A stretch of 64,000 nt of DNA from Vicugna vicugna (Eukaryota), in contig MU058793.1 in the NCBI GenBank assembly GCA_013265495.1, positions 64,001-128,000 on the forward strand. Direction: 5' to 3'. Shown here in pieces: positions 13,286-25,720 of this stretch. A program made the position numbers and the translations under genes. Every line of letters starts with the position of its first letter. Within the stretch, counting starts at the first letter, position 1. The notes under the pieces were generated by a model. The model was not told the DNA's origin. It did not search any database and worked only from the letters and a program-made list of their open reading frames with translations.

Positions 13286-13344
13286 TAACTCTTAGGGTTA
13301 GTCCTTTAGAACATAACTCTTAGGCTTAGTCCTTTAGAACATAA
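13286..13344 (+). repeat. 28-bp tandem duplication
   Basis: 'taactcttagg[g/c]ttagtcctttagaaca' occurs twice, followed by 'taa'. Confidence 0.95.
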
Positions 13345-13483
13345 AAACCTTAGAAAGACTCTTTTTCTTTCTTTGCTTTCCACTTTTTCATTCCTTCTCT
13401 GCTGCAGCCTTTTGAAGCAGAGAAAACCTTGTGAATGAGGTGATGTGTGTCGGGATGGTGGTAGGGAGGGGATAGAAGGAAAT

Positions 13484-14009
13484 TGTGGTAGATGTTTTTT
13501 GTGAAGATAGCTTCAGTAATCCTTTCCATCCTTTTACTCTGACCCCTTGCAATGTGACATTCCTGCTCCTCCCATAAGGGAGTGGAGTCTATTTCCCTTC
13601 CTTTTGAACTGGGCTGACCCTGAGTCTTACCTTTGACCAACAGAATATAAAGGAAGTGATACTGTGTGACTCCCAAGGCTAGGCCTCAAAAGTCCTTGCA
13701 GCTTTCTTTTACCCTCTTGGAATGTGGTACCATGATGCAAAGATGTCCAGGCTAGCCTTTCTAAAGTGAGGGCTCAGCTGATGGCCAGCACCAACTGCCT
13801 GACATGGTATGAGGCTGTTTTGGATCATTCAGCCCAGCTGACCCCTCAAATAACACATGAGTGACCTCAGGCAAGACCAACAGAAAAAGCCCACCACTGA
13901 GCCCAGCCCTAATTGCTGACCCACAAAATCATAAGTAAATAAAGCAGTAGTTATTTTAAGCCACTAAGTTGTGGAACCATTTGTTATGAGGCAATAGATA
14001 AGTGATACA
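13484..14009 (+). mobile_element. MaLR solo LTR (MLT1F-like), near full length
   Basis: TG...CA termini ('tgtggtag' and 'gataca'), internal 'ctttgaccaacagaat', and 'aataaa...ttttaagccactaagtt...ttgttat..gcaatagata'. Confidence 0.85.
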
Positions 14010-16999
14010 GACTTAAAACACCAGAAAGAGAGAAGTTGGGTAATGTCTCAATGTATTACTGTAGTATGACTGTTTTTATGTCCAGGTATTTCAGCATCTC
14101 CTATTGTTCACACCTCACGATTATTTGTCAGGAAATTTTACAACATTTAGAACTAGAATTTCCCCAAGGAGTCTAGGGGAACAGTCAGAAGGTAGAAATG
14201 GCAGAGATGACCTCTTGGTATTAACACTAGTTCTGGAGAGGTAGAGGGAATAATGACCAACTCAGCAAGAGTTTACTGACATGCCTGTTATATGGCTATG
14301 CCCATGGTACTGAGACGCCAGAATAATCTTATCCATTCAAAAATTTACAACATACTTGGTGGGAAAAAATTAGGATGTCAAATAGTTAAACCATTTTTTC
14401 CTTCAAACTCAAGAGCTACATCTCCTAAGCTAATGTCCCATGTCAAGACCATACCTTTAAGGGTCTAACAACATACACGCTCTCTCTCCTATCACTTTTA
14501 GTATATTACTGTAGGTCCCAGAGAAAGAGTTATCTATAAGATGCATTTATGTTATGTTCATTGAAATATCTCCAGTAATTTATTTTCTGTGTAACTTCCA
14601 TTGATCACGAAAATGCTTACGTGATCTGTTGTTAGGTCTTAGTTTGCTTGGTGATATTGATCGAGTAGATTCCTTTGTGAAAAGTTGCATTGATTAGTTT
14701 CCTGACACACTGTTAAAGCCACTTGCAAACTGTCACTGGGGATACTTGCAGTTAGAAAAGTGGGGCTCAACTATGATGTCTTTCTAAAGGAGACTGAATA
14801 GAAGATAGATGAAAGCAGACTACATCCCTGTGCTAGGTAAACACCCAGTGATCCACCTCCAGCTCTTTTTTTCCATAGGGAGAAAATTAAAACACAAGCA
14901 GGGAACAGTCTCCCCTCCATCCTTGATTGGCATCAGCACTGGAAAATCCACCTGAAACACATAAGTCTAAGAAGAGACAGATGTAGTCACCTTTAGCGGC
15001 CTCATTCAAGCACACCATTGGCAGAGCCATTCTGCTCTGCTCCTCTTCAAAATGGCAACCGCTGAAAAGCCCACAAACAGAATCCAAAACCTGAGTGCAA
15101 TACAATAAATGTGCTTTGTCATGAAAAGTACAATGTGAACACAAAAGGGTTTAGAACAATGGGCTTCAGCACTTTCTGACAAAAGAATACCAGATCACAA
15201 GCACAAGGACACTTGGCAATTCCCGTTTCTTTACAACAAAAAATTAATTAATAGCTTGTGCACCCAAAGGAGAACAACAAGCAGTATTTAAATGCCGCCT
15301 CTTACAAGAGCCAAGCATGAGTCTCTAGAGTTGGGGGTGGAGGGAGAGAGTCTAGCAGTGCTGGTGCAGGAGTCTGACACGGGCTGGAGCAGCTTCTCTT
15401 GAGGCATATTCTTTAGAACCTTTTCCCCAGAAATGGCCTTCAATAGAGTTTGACGATTGACTTGAGTTTGACTAAGAGTTGTAATATCTGTTAGCTAATC
15501 AGAGAAGTCCCAGAAAAAAGAAGTCTCTGGGTTACATGAAACAGAAATTGTTCAAGCTAGCTGTTCCTTCTATTTGATATGATCATTAATTCAGTCAAGG
15601 TGATTTACTCCTTTAACCCTGTGTTAAGATCATTTATGTTGCTCATTTAACAATAATGAGTTAGGTCCTGACTCTGTCACTCACTAGCAATGTGAGCAAG
15701 TCAGATGGATACTCCCTTGAGCCTCTGCATTAAGGGTTAGGTGAGAGAATAAATACGTAAGTCGTTAGTTACCTACAGATAATAGAATAATGCTGGCTGT
15801 TAATATGTTTGTATAATGGGCATCTGCTTTTACAAATACCCAACTTTATGTGTAGAATATTCCTTTTATTAAGGTGATTCCTCTGTTCTATCTTTAAAGA
15901 AGAAATAAATGCATAAATCAGAATACTTAAACTAAAATAGGACAAGAGAAAACAACAGATTGAGAATCCAGGGTTAAGCTAAAAATATTTCAAAAAGGGA
16001 TTATCACTGGATAACAACAAAAATAAATAAATCCAGGAGCTAAGGAGTCAGTATCTTTGTTTTTATCAAAGTCTTGTTGATTGCCAATCAAGGGAGACAT
16101 GCCTCACCCAAAAGGCCAAAGGAGGAATTTCACCTGAAATTCTGTTCTGTATTTACATAGACTCTTCCCTGACACTAGTTGTACTGAATTTAACCACCTA
16201 CTATGGAAGGACCAGAGGCAGAAAGCCCAGAAGCCAAACATTACTTTCTCCAAGACCCTCACACAGGAAGAAAATAACTTTTATTTTATTTTTCAAAAGG
16301 AAGGTAATCATGGAGAAATGAGATAGTTTATTGTGTTTTAAATTTGTAAAGACTACAAACTACATCATGACCATTATCCATGTTTTAGGTTCTTGCTATG
16401 CCTGGTGAGGGCTGCTGAAGAGGTCACATTGTGTCATGGAGAAACCTAAGGCCAGTAAGGTATTAACCCAAGGTTACATACATGGTGCCAAGAAACTTGA
16501 TTCAAACCTGGGTCTTGGGACCTGCCAAGTCTAATCATTTTTTTATCTCTAAAAAGCAGAGTGATGACTCAAATTCGGAAGGCAACAGAAAAGGGACAGG
16601 TTAAAAATTTGTTGTGATATTGTTTGGTTGGAATCATAACACTTAGTGGGCTAAGTGGCAGCTGAGTCATCAAGGAAGTGAGTGCCAGTAGGATTCCATC
16701 GAGGGAGGGATAAAGGTGACATCATCAGAATCCAAGACTGTTAGCTCGACAGTCCTTCCAGGTCAGGTCACCAGTTCAGACTCATGGCCCCCTCCTCTGC
16801 CTGAATTGTTTGGGTGAGGCGTGGGCTTTTGGGTGAGGGTGGGCTAGGACTTGCCAAGGGAGACTCTGTCACATCTGATCAAAAGGTTGACTGAGGGCAG
16901 AATACAACATAAGACTGTTCTCTATACACATATGTGCAGCTCCAGAAAAAAATTTGCAACCAATTTTCCCAATAATATTTTTTGTTTGTTGACTTGTTT

Positions 17000-17560
17000 T
17001 ATTTTTTAGGAAATTTTCCTGTCAGATGTAATCTTTTCTCAAATTACAAAATTGACATGTGTTCACCACAACCATTGAAACCAGTGGGGGGGAAAAATAA
17101 ATCCATGTAAAGGAAATATTAATTATCTGTCTTTCTCTCTCACAAAAGTAAAATATCCCAGCCTGGTGTTTTTCCCTTCATACCTTTGTACATTTTAAAA
17201 ACTAAACGTCGATATAAGGGATTTGAGATTGTTACTGTTGTTTGGTGCCTTTCTCACATAACAATACATTACTAACAGTCCTCTGGATCAATAGATATTT
17301 AACTTACCTATTTTGGGAAACATTTAATATTTCACAAAAGGATTATACCAGAATTTATTCCATATTTCCCTGATTGATGGACAGCCATGTATTTTTGTTT
17401 TGTTTTGTTTTGTTTTTGCCTTGACGTATAATGTTGTGACAAGTGTCCTTGTTCATAAAAGTCCCAGGGCTGTTATTTCATAGTTTAGGATAGGTTAACA
17501 GGGATTTCTGGGACAAAAGCTATACATATTTTAAATCTAAGAGATGTTGTCATATTGGAG
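17000..17560 (-). mobile_element. Old L1M 3' fragment
   Basis: 'tttccctgattgatggaca' and 'gggatttctgggacaaaagctatacatattttaaat' are typical of antisense L1ME. Confidence 0.55.
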
Positions 17561-19164
17561 AAAAGAAATCCAGAAGGATTAAGGATTTACATTTTAAACA
17601 TAAAATAATAAAATCTTGGCTTCACAGAAGAGCTGCCACCAGTTACTTGAAGCCCCTGATTATGTCTTAAGTAAATGTGAATTCTTATCAAAACCAAGAT
17701 GAAAATTCTGCCTTTGAACTAAGCTTAAATCAGACTTGCAGATAAGTTCAGTTAGAGAGAGTGAGAAAGGGAGAGAGGAGCCCCTCAACCTTTAGCTGGT
17801 CTACTTTGATTATGACCAAGGTGAACACCAAGATCCAATCAAATATCACCATCTTGGGCCTCTGGGACGAAATTTCTCAATTTCATTTTGATTTATTCTC
17901 AGCCAAGTCCTGCTTTATTCCTATGAATCAGCCAAAAATCTTCTAGTGTGATGGGGGCTGGTACTCTCACGGGGCATGTTTGAGGACCAATCAGTGGCCT
18001 TGTTGGTTATCTCCAGGGGTTCCATTATTTCCAAAGTGAGGGGAAGACCTAAGTTGTTCTAGTTAATAGAGGAAAGCCTAAGAGGCTATGTGGGGAAAGA
18101 AAAAGGAGATATAAAGGGAATCAAGCAGATGGGGAGACATTAGGAAAGAACTGAGAAAATATTTAATGGAAAATATGCATTAAGTTTTTGCTACAGAGTG
18201 ACCAAGGTGACTTCCTGATCTCCCTACAAAACCTTCAGAATAATCTATTTATGATCATTCAGAGTCTGCCTGTTATTTGGAAGAGGGAAGGAGATGGTCA
18301 GGAGTAATGCAAAGAAGTGCCACATGTGGTTTCAGGGTGGGCTAGGGCTTGCCAAAGGAGACTGTCACATCTGACCAGTTTGAAGTGCTTTCTCAAAAAC
18401 TGGATTTAAAATGAAATCACATCCCAATCTTAAACTGCTGAACCTCTCGATCAATCACAGTTTACAAAGCATCTAAAGAAAGGAAATTTTTGACCAACGG
18501 ATCAAAGCAGCACACAAAATGGAACCACTGATTGAATATTGACCTCAGCAGGCACTGTAATTGCATCTTATTGGCAAATCATTACTAGTTTATCTTAGTG
18601 ATAGAAGGTACCGATTGAAATTACAGAGGCACTTACTTCTCTGGATCAAGCGAATAGAGGCAAAAATTCTCTCTGGACTTTGAAAACATGGCAGAGGTGT
18701 CGGGGGAAGGGAGTAGGACTCTTGCTAGGAAGATGAGAGGTTAGCTTAGCCAGCCTTCCTGCAACTGAGGGAGATAACGCTGTCCCCATGACTATACCAG
18801 TCTTCATTCTCATTTCAAAAATACAACTCCAGTCATACCTCTTACAACAAACCATCCTGTACTTCCCAGCCCTCATCTAGTTCACTCTCCTCTATTTTTT
18901 CCCAGTGTGATACACGGTAGTGGTTAGGAGTTTAGGTTTAAGCTGTGTGAACTATTTCACACTCATCATCACAGTAATCCTCACAATCCAAAGAAGTGGG
19001 TTTTCTTAACATCCTCATTCTAGAGATGAGGAACCTAAGACTTAGAAATGATCAAAAGTTCAAAATAAGATAAAAATATATACCAAAGTTCTAACATACC
19101 TTATATCCCAATAGGTAAGGATCCACTCTCTGGGAAGCATGAACGAACTTTGCAGTCTACTGCT

Positions 19165-19388
19165 TATGAAGACTGGCACATTTTTTCTGTAAAGAATAAA
19201 ATAGTAAATATTTTAGAGCCTGTAGGCCAAATGGTCTCTGTCACAACTAATCAACAATGCTGTTGTAGTACAAACGTAGCCATAGAAACAAATAAACAAA
19301 TGGGAATGACTGTATTCTAATAAAACTTTATTTGCAAAATGAGGTGATAGGCCAGATTTGGTCCATGGCCATAGTTTGCTGACCCCTG
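19165..19388. mobile_element. MER58A-like hAT-Charlie MITE
   Basis: 'ttttctgtaaag...atagtaaatattttag...ggtctctgtcacaacta...aataaaactttattt...catagtttgctgacccctg'. Confidence 0.85.
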
Positions 19389-20399
19389 CTCTATAATATC
19401 AACTCCTTGAAATTTGAGCATTATTCTCAACAGGTACTATAGAGAAATATAGTAAGTCTCCAGTTTATGCAATCTGATTCCAGTCTCCAGTTGAAAAGGA
19501 CCATCAGTAGGAAACAAGACCATTTTATGCCCTTTTCTGTCCTTGAAACTACCCCAATAGATGGTCATTCAGCCACAGCTCAAATATCTCCATTGACAGG
19601 AAGTTCATGCCTGCACAGGTTACCCATCATCAAGGGGCATACAAGGGGTTTAAGATATTTTTTAATTAGATTTCTGTTTTGTTTGACTAATAGAACACTA
19701 AGCTGATAAATTTCAAAATACTGAAATCTTGACATAGTGAATAATTCCTGTCCAAGAAGCTGGGAAATTTTTTTCTAACGAACAGGATTGTACCAAGTAT
19801 TCTACCTATAATCACACTAGTGAATATATGAGCCTCAACTTTAAAATAGCTTCTCACTCAGCTGGAGGGATAAACAAGACCGATTTCCTGTGCATTGCTC
19901 CAGTGCAAAAGTACCTATGAAATGTGTATGCACTGCATATAATAAAATGCCCACTCACAAGCTAAATTTTTTCCTATTTTTCCTATTATTTTCTTAGAAT
20001 AGAAGTAGCTATAGAGAACTGAAAACTCATCCTGGATTTCCGTAGAAGGTGAAGTCTCCTAGAACAACATCAATCCATCTTTCCTTTTAGTCAGATACTC
20101 ATTCAACACGTATTTATTTATGTGTACTTGGTCCTAAGGAAGAGACAAATACACATAGTACATATAGAATTCCTGCCCTCCATAAACTTAAAATCTAGTT
20201 GGAGAGGTAAGGCACAAGGTGATAAAAATTTAGAAAACTACATATGGTCTCTTGGTTCCATCCCAGTCAGAGTATTTCTGAGAACTTTTACTCAAATTCA
20301 AGTGCCAGATGAGCTCTAGATCAGCTAATATTACTAGCATAAAAAGTTATAAGATTAATATACTTTTCTTTGGACAAATGTAATTATCTTTATTTGCAT

Positions 20400-20620
20400 T
20401 TGTATATTGCTTTGTGACCTTTTAAAATGCTTTGAACATAAATTACTTTTATATATCCTCCTCCTGTGAAATGGACATGGCAAGCAATGTTATCCTTATT
20501 CTATAGATCAGGAAACTGCGGTTCAGGAAGGGTAAAGACTTTGCTCAAGGTCACACAAGTTACTGGTAGTACTGAAACTAAAACACCATCCCCTGATCCC
20601 TAGATCTTGGCCATTCCCAT
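20400..20620 (-). mobile_element. MIR SINE
   Basis: 'tagatcaggaaactgcggttcagg...ttgctcaaggtcacaca'. Confidence 0.75.
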
Positions 20621-20854
20621 CAGACAAAGCTTTCTTTCTCCTCATAATGTACCTGAGCCATTTATGATTGCAACTGGAGTTTCAATAATGTAGACTTGGG
20701 CTCTAACCAAGGTTGGAAAAAACAGAAATCCTATCAAGCTACCTCAAATAAAAGAGTAATGGAGTATATGTAAGGGAACCATTTGGAACATAAGGGCTAT
20801 AAGTGCAGTCAGGTTTCATGGAAATTTGAAAATTCTCAGAAATAGAAGCCTCTC

Positions 20855-21270
20855 CTTCCATCCTTCATGTTGGTTGTAGCATTTGTCAGAATTCCATTCC
20901 TTTTTACAAGCTGAATAATATCCCATTGTATGTATATATCACATTTTGTTTATCTATCAGTCGATGAAAACATTTGGGTTGTTTCCACCTTTTTCACTAT
21001 TGTGAATAATTCTGACATAAACAATGTTGCACAAATATCCGAGTCCCTGCTTTCAATTTTTTGAAGCATACACTCAGAAACAGAATTGTTAGATCTTATG
21101 GTAATTCTGTTAAATTTTTTGAGGAACTGTGATTCTTTTCCACAGCAGCTATGCCATTTTACATTCCCATCAGCAGTGTGCAAGGTTTCCAGTATGCCCA
21201 CATCCTCATAACATTTGTTATTTTCTGCTTTTTTTTAAATAGTAGATATCCTACTAAGTGTGAAGCTGCA
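20855..21270 (-). mobile_element. L1 (L1MA/MB-type) fragment, ORF2 end and 3'UTR
   Basis: 'gctgaataatatcccattgtatgtatat...ttgggttgtttccac...ttttttgaggaact...ttttacattcccatcagcagtg'. The ORF at 20950-21201(-) gives an L1-like peptide (ETLHTADGNVKW). Confidence 0.85.
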
Positions 21271-21527
21271 CTATTTTTTGAACCTAATCTTTGGTAAGAT
21301 ATGACTTCACTACATTATGAATATGAGACTGATGAAGGGGAGGACATGTACAGTGGAACTTACATCATTAACCTAAGCAAAAAGCTAAGGGAGAAGCCAT
21401 ACCAGACTACCCAGTCCTCACTATTTCTTGATGTCACAGATTTGTCTGTTTGTGCTGCATGCAGAGAATCACATTCACCCAAGAGAATACGAAGCCATGC
21501 CATGTTTCTCACATTCAAAGGCACAAA

Positions 21528-21892
21528 TGTCTTTGTTCAGGCTTACATAAGAAAATACTATAGATTGGGTAGCTTACAAACAACAGAAATTTACTTTTCA
21601 AACTTCTGGAGATTTTTGCAAAGTCTAGGATCTGGCAGATTCAGTGTCTGGTGAGGCAGGCTTGCTGGTTCATGAATGACCCTCTTTTCGTTGTGTCCTC
21701 ACATGGCCAAAAGAGTGAGGGATCTCTCTGGGTCTAATCCCATTCCTGAGGGTGCTAATCCCATTCATAAGAACTCTATCCTCATTACTAAAAACTCCCA
21801 AAGACCCCACTTCCAAATACCATCACGTTGGAAATTAGGTTTCAACATGTGAATTTGGTGGGAGGGGGGACAAATATTCCGTCTATACAACA
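21528..21892 (-). mobile_element. MaLR solo LTR (MLT1A-like)
   Basis: 'aaaatactatagattgggtagctta..aacaacagaaattta...tgtgtcctcacatgg...ccaaataccatcac...tttcaacatgtgaatttgg'. Confidence 0.85.
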
Positions 21893-22027
21893 GATAGAAC
21901 ATTCATTGCTTGGTTGCACTGCTCCTGCAACCAAAAACACGGTGCCTCTGTTTCCCATCGGTGATGAGATGGGGTAACAAGGCTATGGGCTTATCTTGGA
22001 AGGCAGCTACTGCTTAGGTGTAAAACT

Positions 22028-22146
22028 ACCAGATAAATATAGGATGCCCAGTTAAATTTGAATTTCAGAAAAACAACTAATAATTCTTTAGTATAAGTAT
22101 GTCCCAAATATTGCCTGTATTTTAAGTTGCTAAATCTGGCAACCCA
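22028..22146. mobile_element. MER53-like hAT MITE, internally deleted
   Basis: 'ggatgcccagttaaatttgaatttcaga...ttagtataagtatgtccc' joined to 'gctaaatctggcaaccc'. Confidence 0.8.
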
Positions 22147-23239
22147 ACTCAGGTACCCAATGGCTGGCCTGTTTCTGGAGCTTTCCAGAGAACAATGCAG
22201 TAATATTATTAGCACTTGGAGATTTGGAGCACTTTGGCTGAGGTGTTGAGCAGGAAATGAGTTACCACAGTCTCTCGCCAGGGTGCCTATGGTCCCTGAA
22301 ATTGCTACAGTCACCCCTGAGCTGGAATTGAGATGGCCAGATAACCCTCAGACAGACCTTCAAGGATAATATGTGAAGAGAGCCATTAATTAAGACTTAG
22401 AGGCAAGTTATAACAAAGATGATAGAGAGAAAGCCCTGCCTTCTAAGGTGCATTCTTCTGAACAACCCAGTCCCAGTTGCTCACAGTGGTGAACAGCTTG
22501 ATAACCACTTGTAACTGGCTTTTCCTCCTTCTCTCCTACTCTTAACAGTGCCTTGCTCCCTGAGAACATTTCCCAAAATAAATCAACCGCATGGAAACCA
22601 CTGTCCTAAACTCTGTTTGGGGAAAGAAGATTGTACAAGACATCCATCAAATTACTTGCTTGGATTTCTTCTCTCAGTAAATATTCTCCCTGGGTTTTCC
22701 ATTCACTCCCATGAATTTACCACCACCTACACTGTGATGATTTCCAATCTATATCAGCAGGGGGAGACCTCCTTGTTGATTCTTAGACAAGTCAATTTAG
22801 GTTTTACATAACAATTACGACTTGTATATGTAAAAAAAGTGACTCTATCTCACTACCCACTGTCTTCTTTCTGCACTACAAATTTTTATTCAAGGTGTCA
22901 TAATAATGCTTATTATCCAGATAAAAAATGCAAACATCTTTGAATCTTCATTCTCTCTATTAGCCACATCATTCCAGCAGCAAACTCTTCAGAGAGAAAC
23001 TAGACTACAACTGCAATGTGCAAAACAAGTCTAAGGTTCCAGTTACTGAGATGGAGACAAGAGGCATATTTGAGATAGATTTGGGAAACAAGTATCCTTG
23101 TAATGTGGCAGGACAAATAAGGCTGAGGGTCAAAGTAATTACATGATGTTTTCTTACTCACATAGCAAGACCATGGTGGAGATAATCCTGGAGTCCTGGA
23201 TTTCTGACTACTGTCTAGCCTAATATTCTTTCCATTGTA

Positions 23240-23716
23240 TGTAACTAAAAATTGGCACTTGCCATCTGCCTCTACAAGAACTAAGTCAATAGGAACTGCA
23301 ATTGCTGACCTTCAACACACCCTGAAAGGAGTACAGGGTGGATTGGGAATGAGACCCTCTGAGCTCTAGGAAAACTGATAGAACAGGCCTTTAGATAGTT
23401 AGATATTTTCAGGAGAAGATGTTATGTGCCCAAATTCTTGCATCTCCTCATATCCAGAAAAAAACTAAAATCATCGTCAGAGACATCTGCTCCTTGTGAC
23501 TAGCAGCAACCTTCACGTGACTAGCAGCAAGGCTCTGCCAAAATGTGTGCTTGGCTGCACATACCCCTATTCACTAAAATCATACATAATACTGACCTCT
23601 TTACAACAATTCTCCAGAGCTATCTGATACACTGTCTCCCAGGCTATAGTCCTCCATTTGCCCCAAGTAAAACTTAACTCACAACTCTCACGTTGTACAT
23701 TTTTTTTCAGTTGACA
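23240..23716 (+). mobile_element. ERV1-class solo LTR (cetartiodactyl MER41-like)
   Basis: TG...CA termini over ~477 bp. The 3' end 'ccccaagtaaaacttaactcacaactctcacgttgtacattttttttcagttgaca' recalls artiodactyl MER41-type LTRs. It also has an internal 14-bp direct repeat, 'gtgactagcagcaa'. Confidence 0.7.
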
Positions 23717-24659
23717 TAAGTTTTTAGAGAGTTTCTTCTTGAAACTGTAGAAGAAGCTGCAGGTAGTTAAGAAGATACTGTTTCAGAGTAGCAATTGTTT
23801 CAAAATAATCTAGCTAAAACCCATTATATTGAAAGAAAGCTGACCAGAGCAGAAAAGAGAGAAGAGGGATCATCAAACCAGTAGAAAAGGAGCTACTATT
23901 GAATAAATTCCATTTGTAGACTCTCATGAAATCAACTGTAATTCTCGCCCTTGGGTTCCATGAGATGCCATCATATCCTACCAATACAGTAGTAACAAAA
24001 GCTGAATATCAAAGACACCTCCCAAACCTCGGTCTAGTACATTATTTTAAAATGCCACATAACTTCTTTTTTGTGATATTCAAATAAAACCTCTAAGTTG
24101 AAAGTTTTATAAGATGAAAACTAAAGCAGAATGTTTATTATTTTTGCGTGTGATTTTTATCCATCTTGTGGCCTCTAAAATTATTCTGCAAATGAATAGA
24201 ATAAGGACAAGTAATAATCTTTGAGCAAATATAATAATGATGGATATACAATATACACTTTTTATATAATATGTAGAAATGTAAAAGTATGCAGTTCATA
24301 TATGTTTTGGCAATTTTCAAATTATTTTATAGAAAGCTTAGTAACAGGAAAATTAAATTCTTTGAGTTGGGAATTTTTTCCCCAGTTGAAACACTCATCT
24401 TATTTAGGATTAGGTACACATCTGCTAACCACTCTAATGACTATGAGAACCATCCAAAAACACATTGGCGTACATCCTTTCTCAGTGCACCTTTGGACAA
24501 CTTTAAATCTGGACTGTTTCAGCCAAAATGCAACTTTAGCTATGTTAATAGACTAAGAGTGACTTGCCCTTAGAGTAGTCCATTATTCCTCAATTTGTCA
24601 TAATTTGGATAAGTAGGAAAGTGTTTAACATATTTTAGAATTAAAAAAAAAAAATTTTA

Positions 24660-24793
24660 GGGGGAAGGGTATAGCTCAAGTGGTAGAGTGCATGCTTAGC
24701 ATGAATGAGGTCCTGATTTCAATCCCCAGTACCTCCTCTAAAAAATAAAATAAAATAAATAAACTTAATTACTTTCCCCCCTCAAAAAAAAAA
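24660..24793 (+). mobile_element. tRNA-Ala-derived SINE (camelid Vic-1 type)
   Basis: tRNA-like head with A box 'tagctcaagtgg', AGC anticodon context and mutated B box 'gatttcaatccc'. This is followed by an (aaaat)n linker, 'taattactttccccc' and poly(A), in an A-rich target site. Confidence 0.85.
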
Positions 24794-24999
24794 CAGTTTA
24801 AGCAAGTTATTAGCAAAATGAATACATATGTTAATATGCTACCTGCAAAGAACTCCAACCTGTTCATTAGGCAAATTCTTAAACTCTCATTGTATGTACT
24901 ACCCCTAAGTTAGTATTTATAGTATATCATAATATTAATAGTCAATATTTAAAGTACCATGAGTGCACTGCAATTTATAACATTTATCATCTAACAGTA

Positions 25000-25155
25000 T
25001 AATAACTGATGGTAAAATTTATTTAATGCCAGGTGCTTTACACATAGTACATCATTTAATCTTCACAAACCATTCCATGAGGCATGTTTATCATTATCCC
25101 TACATTATAGCTGAGGAAACTGCAGCTAAGAGAAGGTCAGAAACTTGCTCATATC
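25000..25155 (-). mobile_element. MIR SINE
   Basis: 'tcatttaatcttcacaa...tatagctgaggaaactgcagct'. Confidence 0.7.
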
Positions 25156-25169
25156 TATCAATTACAAAT

Positions 25170-25720
25170 ATTTAAACCCTTTGGCTCAACAATGCCACTT
25201 CTGGGATATTTTCCCCCACCAATATATTTGCAAATATTTAAAATTATCATATATATTATTTACATTAGTCTCAGTATACTGTTTTTAATAGAAAAGACTG
25301 AAAACAGTCTTGCATTCATAAGCAAGTAAATTAATTATAGTTCATTTGTGTCAGAATACTATATAGCTGGGAAAAATAAAGGAGTCTCCTGGTACAGATG
25401 GGAAAGGTATTCAGGATAAAAATCTTTAAGTGAAAAGGAAAAGTGTAGTATAATGTATACAAAATTCTAACTTTTATGTAAAATGGGAAAATACAAATCA
25501 TATTTTTGCCTTGAATTTCATAATGTAGGTCTGGAAAACACATAGGAAACTAAGAACAGTAGTTATAAATGGTTACATGGAGAGTGTGGCAGAGGAAACT
25601 GGGCAGTTGTACGACAAAGTTAAGAGAAAGGCATGTCACTGTTGGAAATTTTATAATGTATTTATTGGAGTTTGACACATATGAGTGTATCACCTGTGCA
25701 AAGTTTGTATGAAAAGGAAA
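25170..25720 (+). mobile_element. L1ME-type 3' fragment
   Basis: 'caacaatgccacttctgggatatt', 'aaagactgaaaaca', 'gaatactatatagctg' and 'ttaagtgaaaa'. Confidence 0.65.

Noticed and set aside
13286..13344. CRISPR-like direct repeat
   Set aside because: Only two abutting copies with no spacer, no cas genes and a mammalian context.
24660..24740. tRNA-Ala(AGC) gene
   Set aside because: The B box and T arm are mutated, and it is followed by a SINE body and poly(A) rather than an oligo-T terminator.
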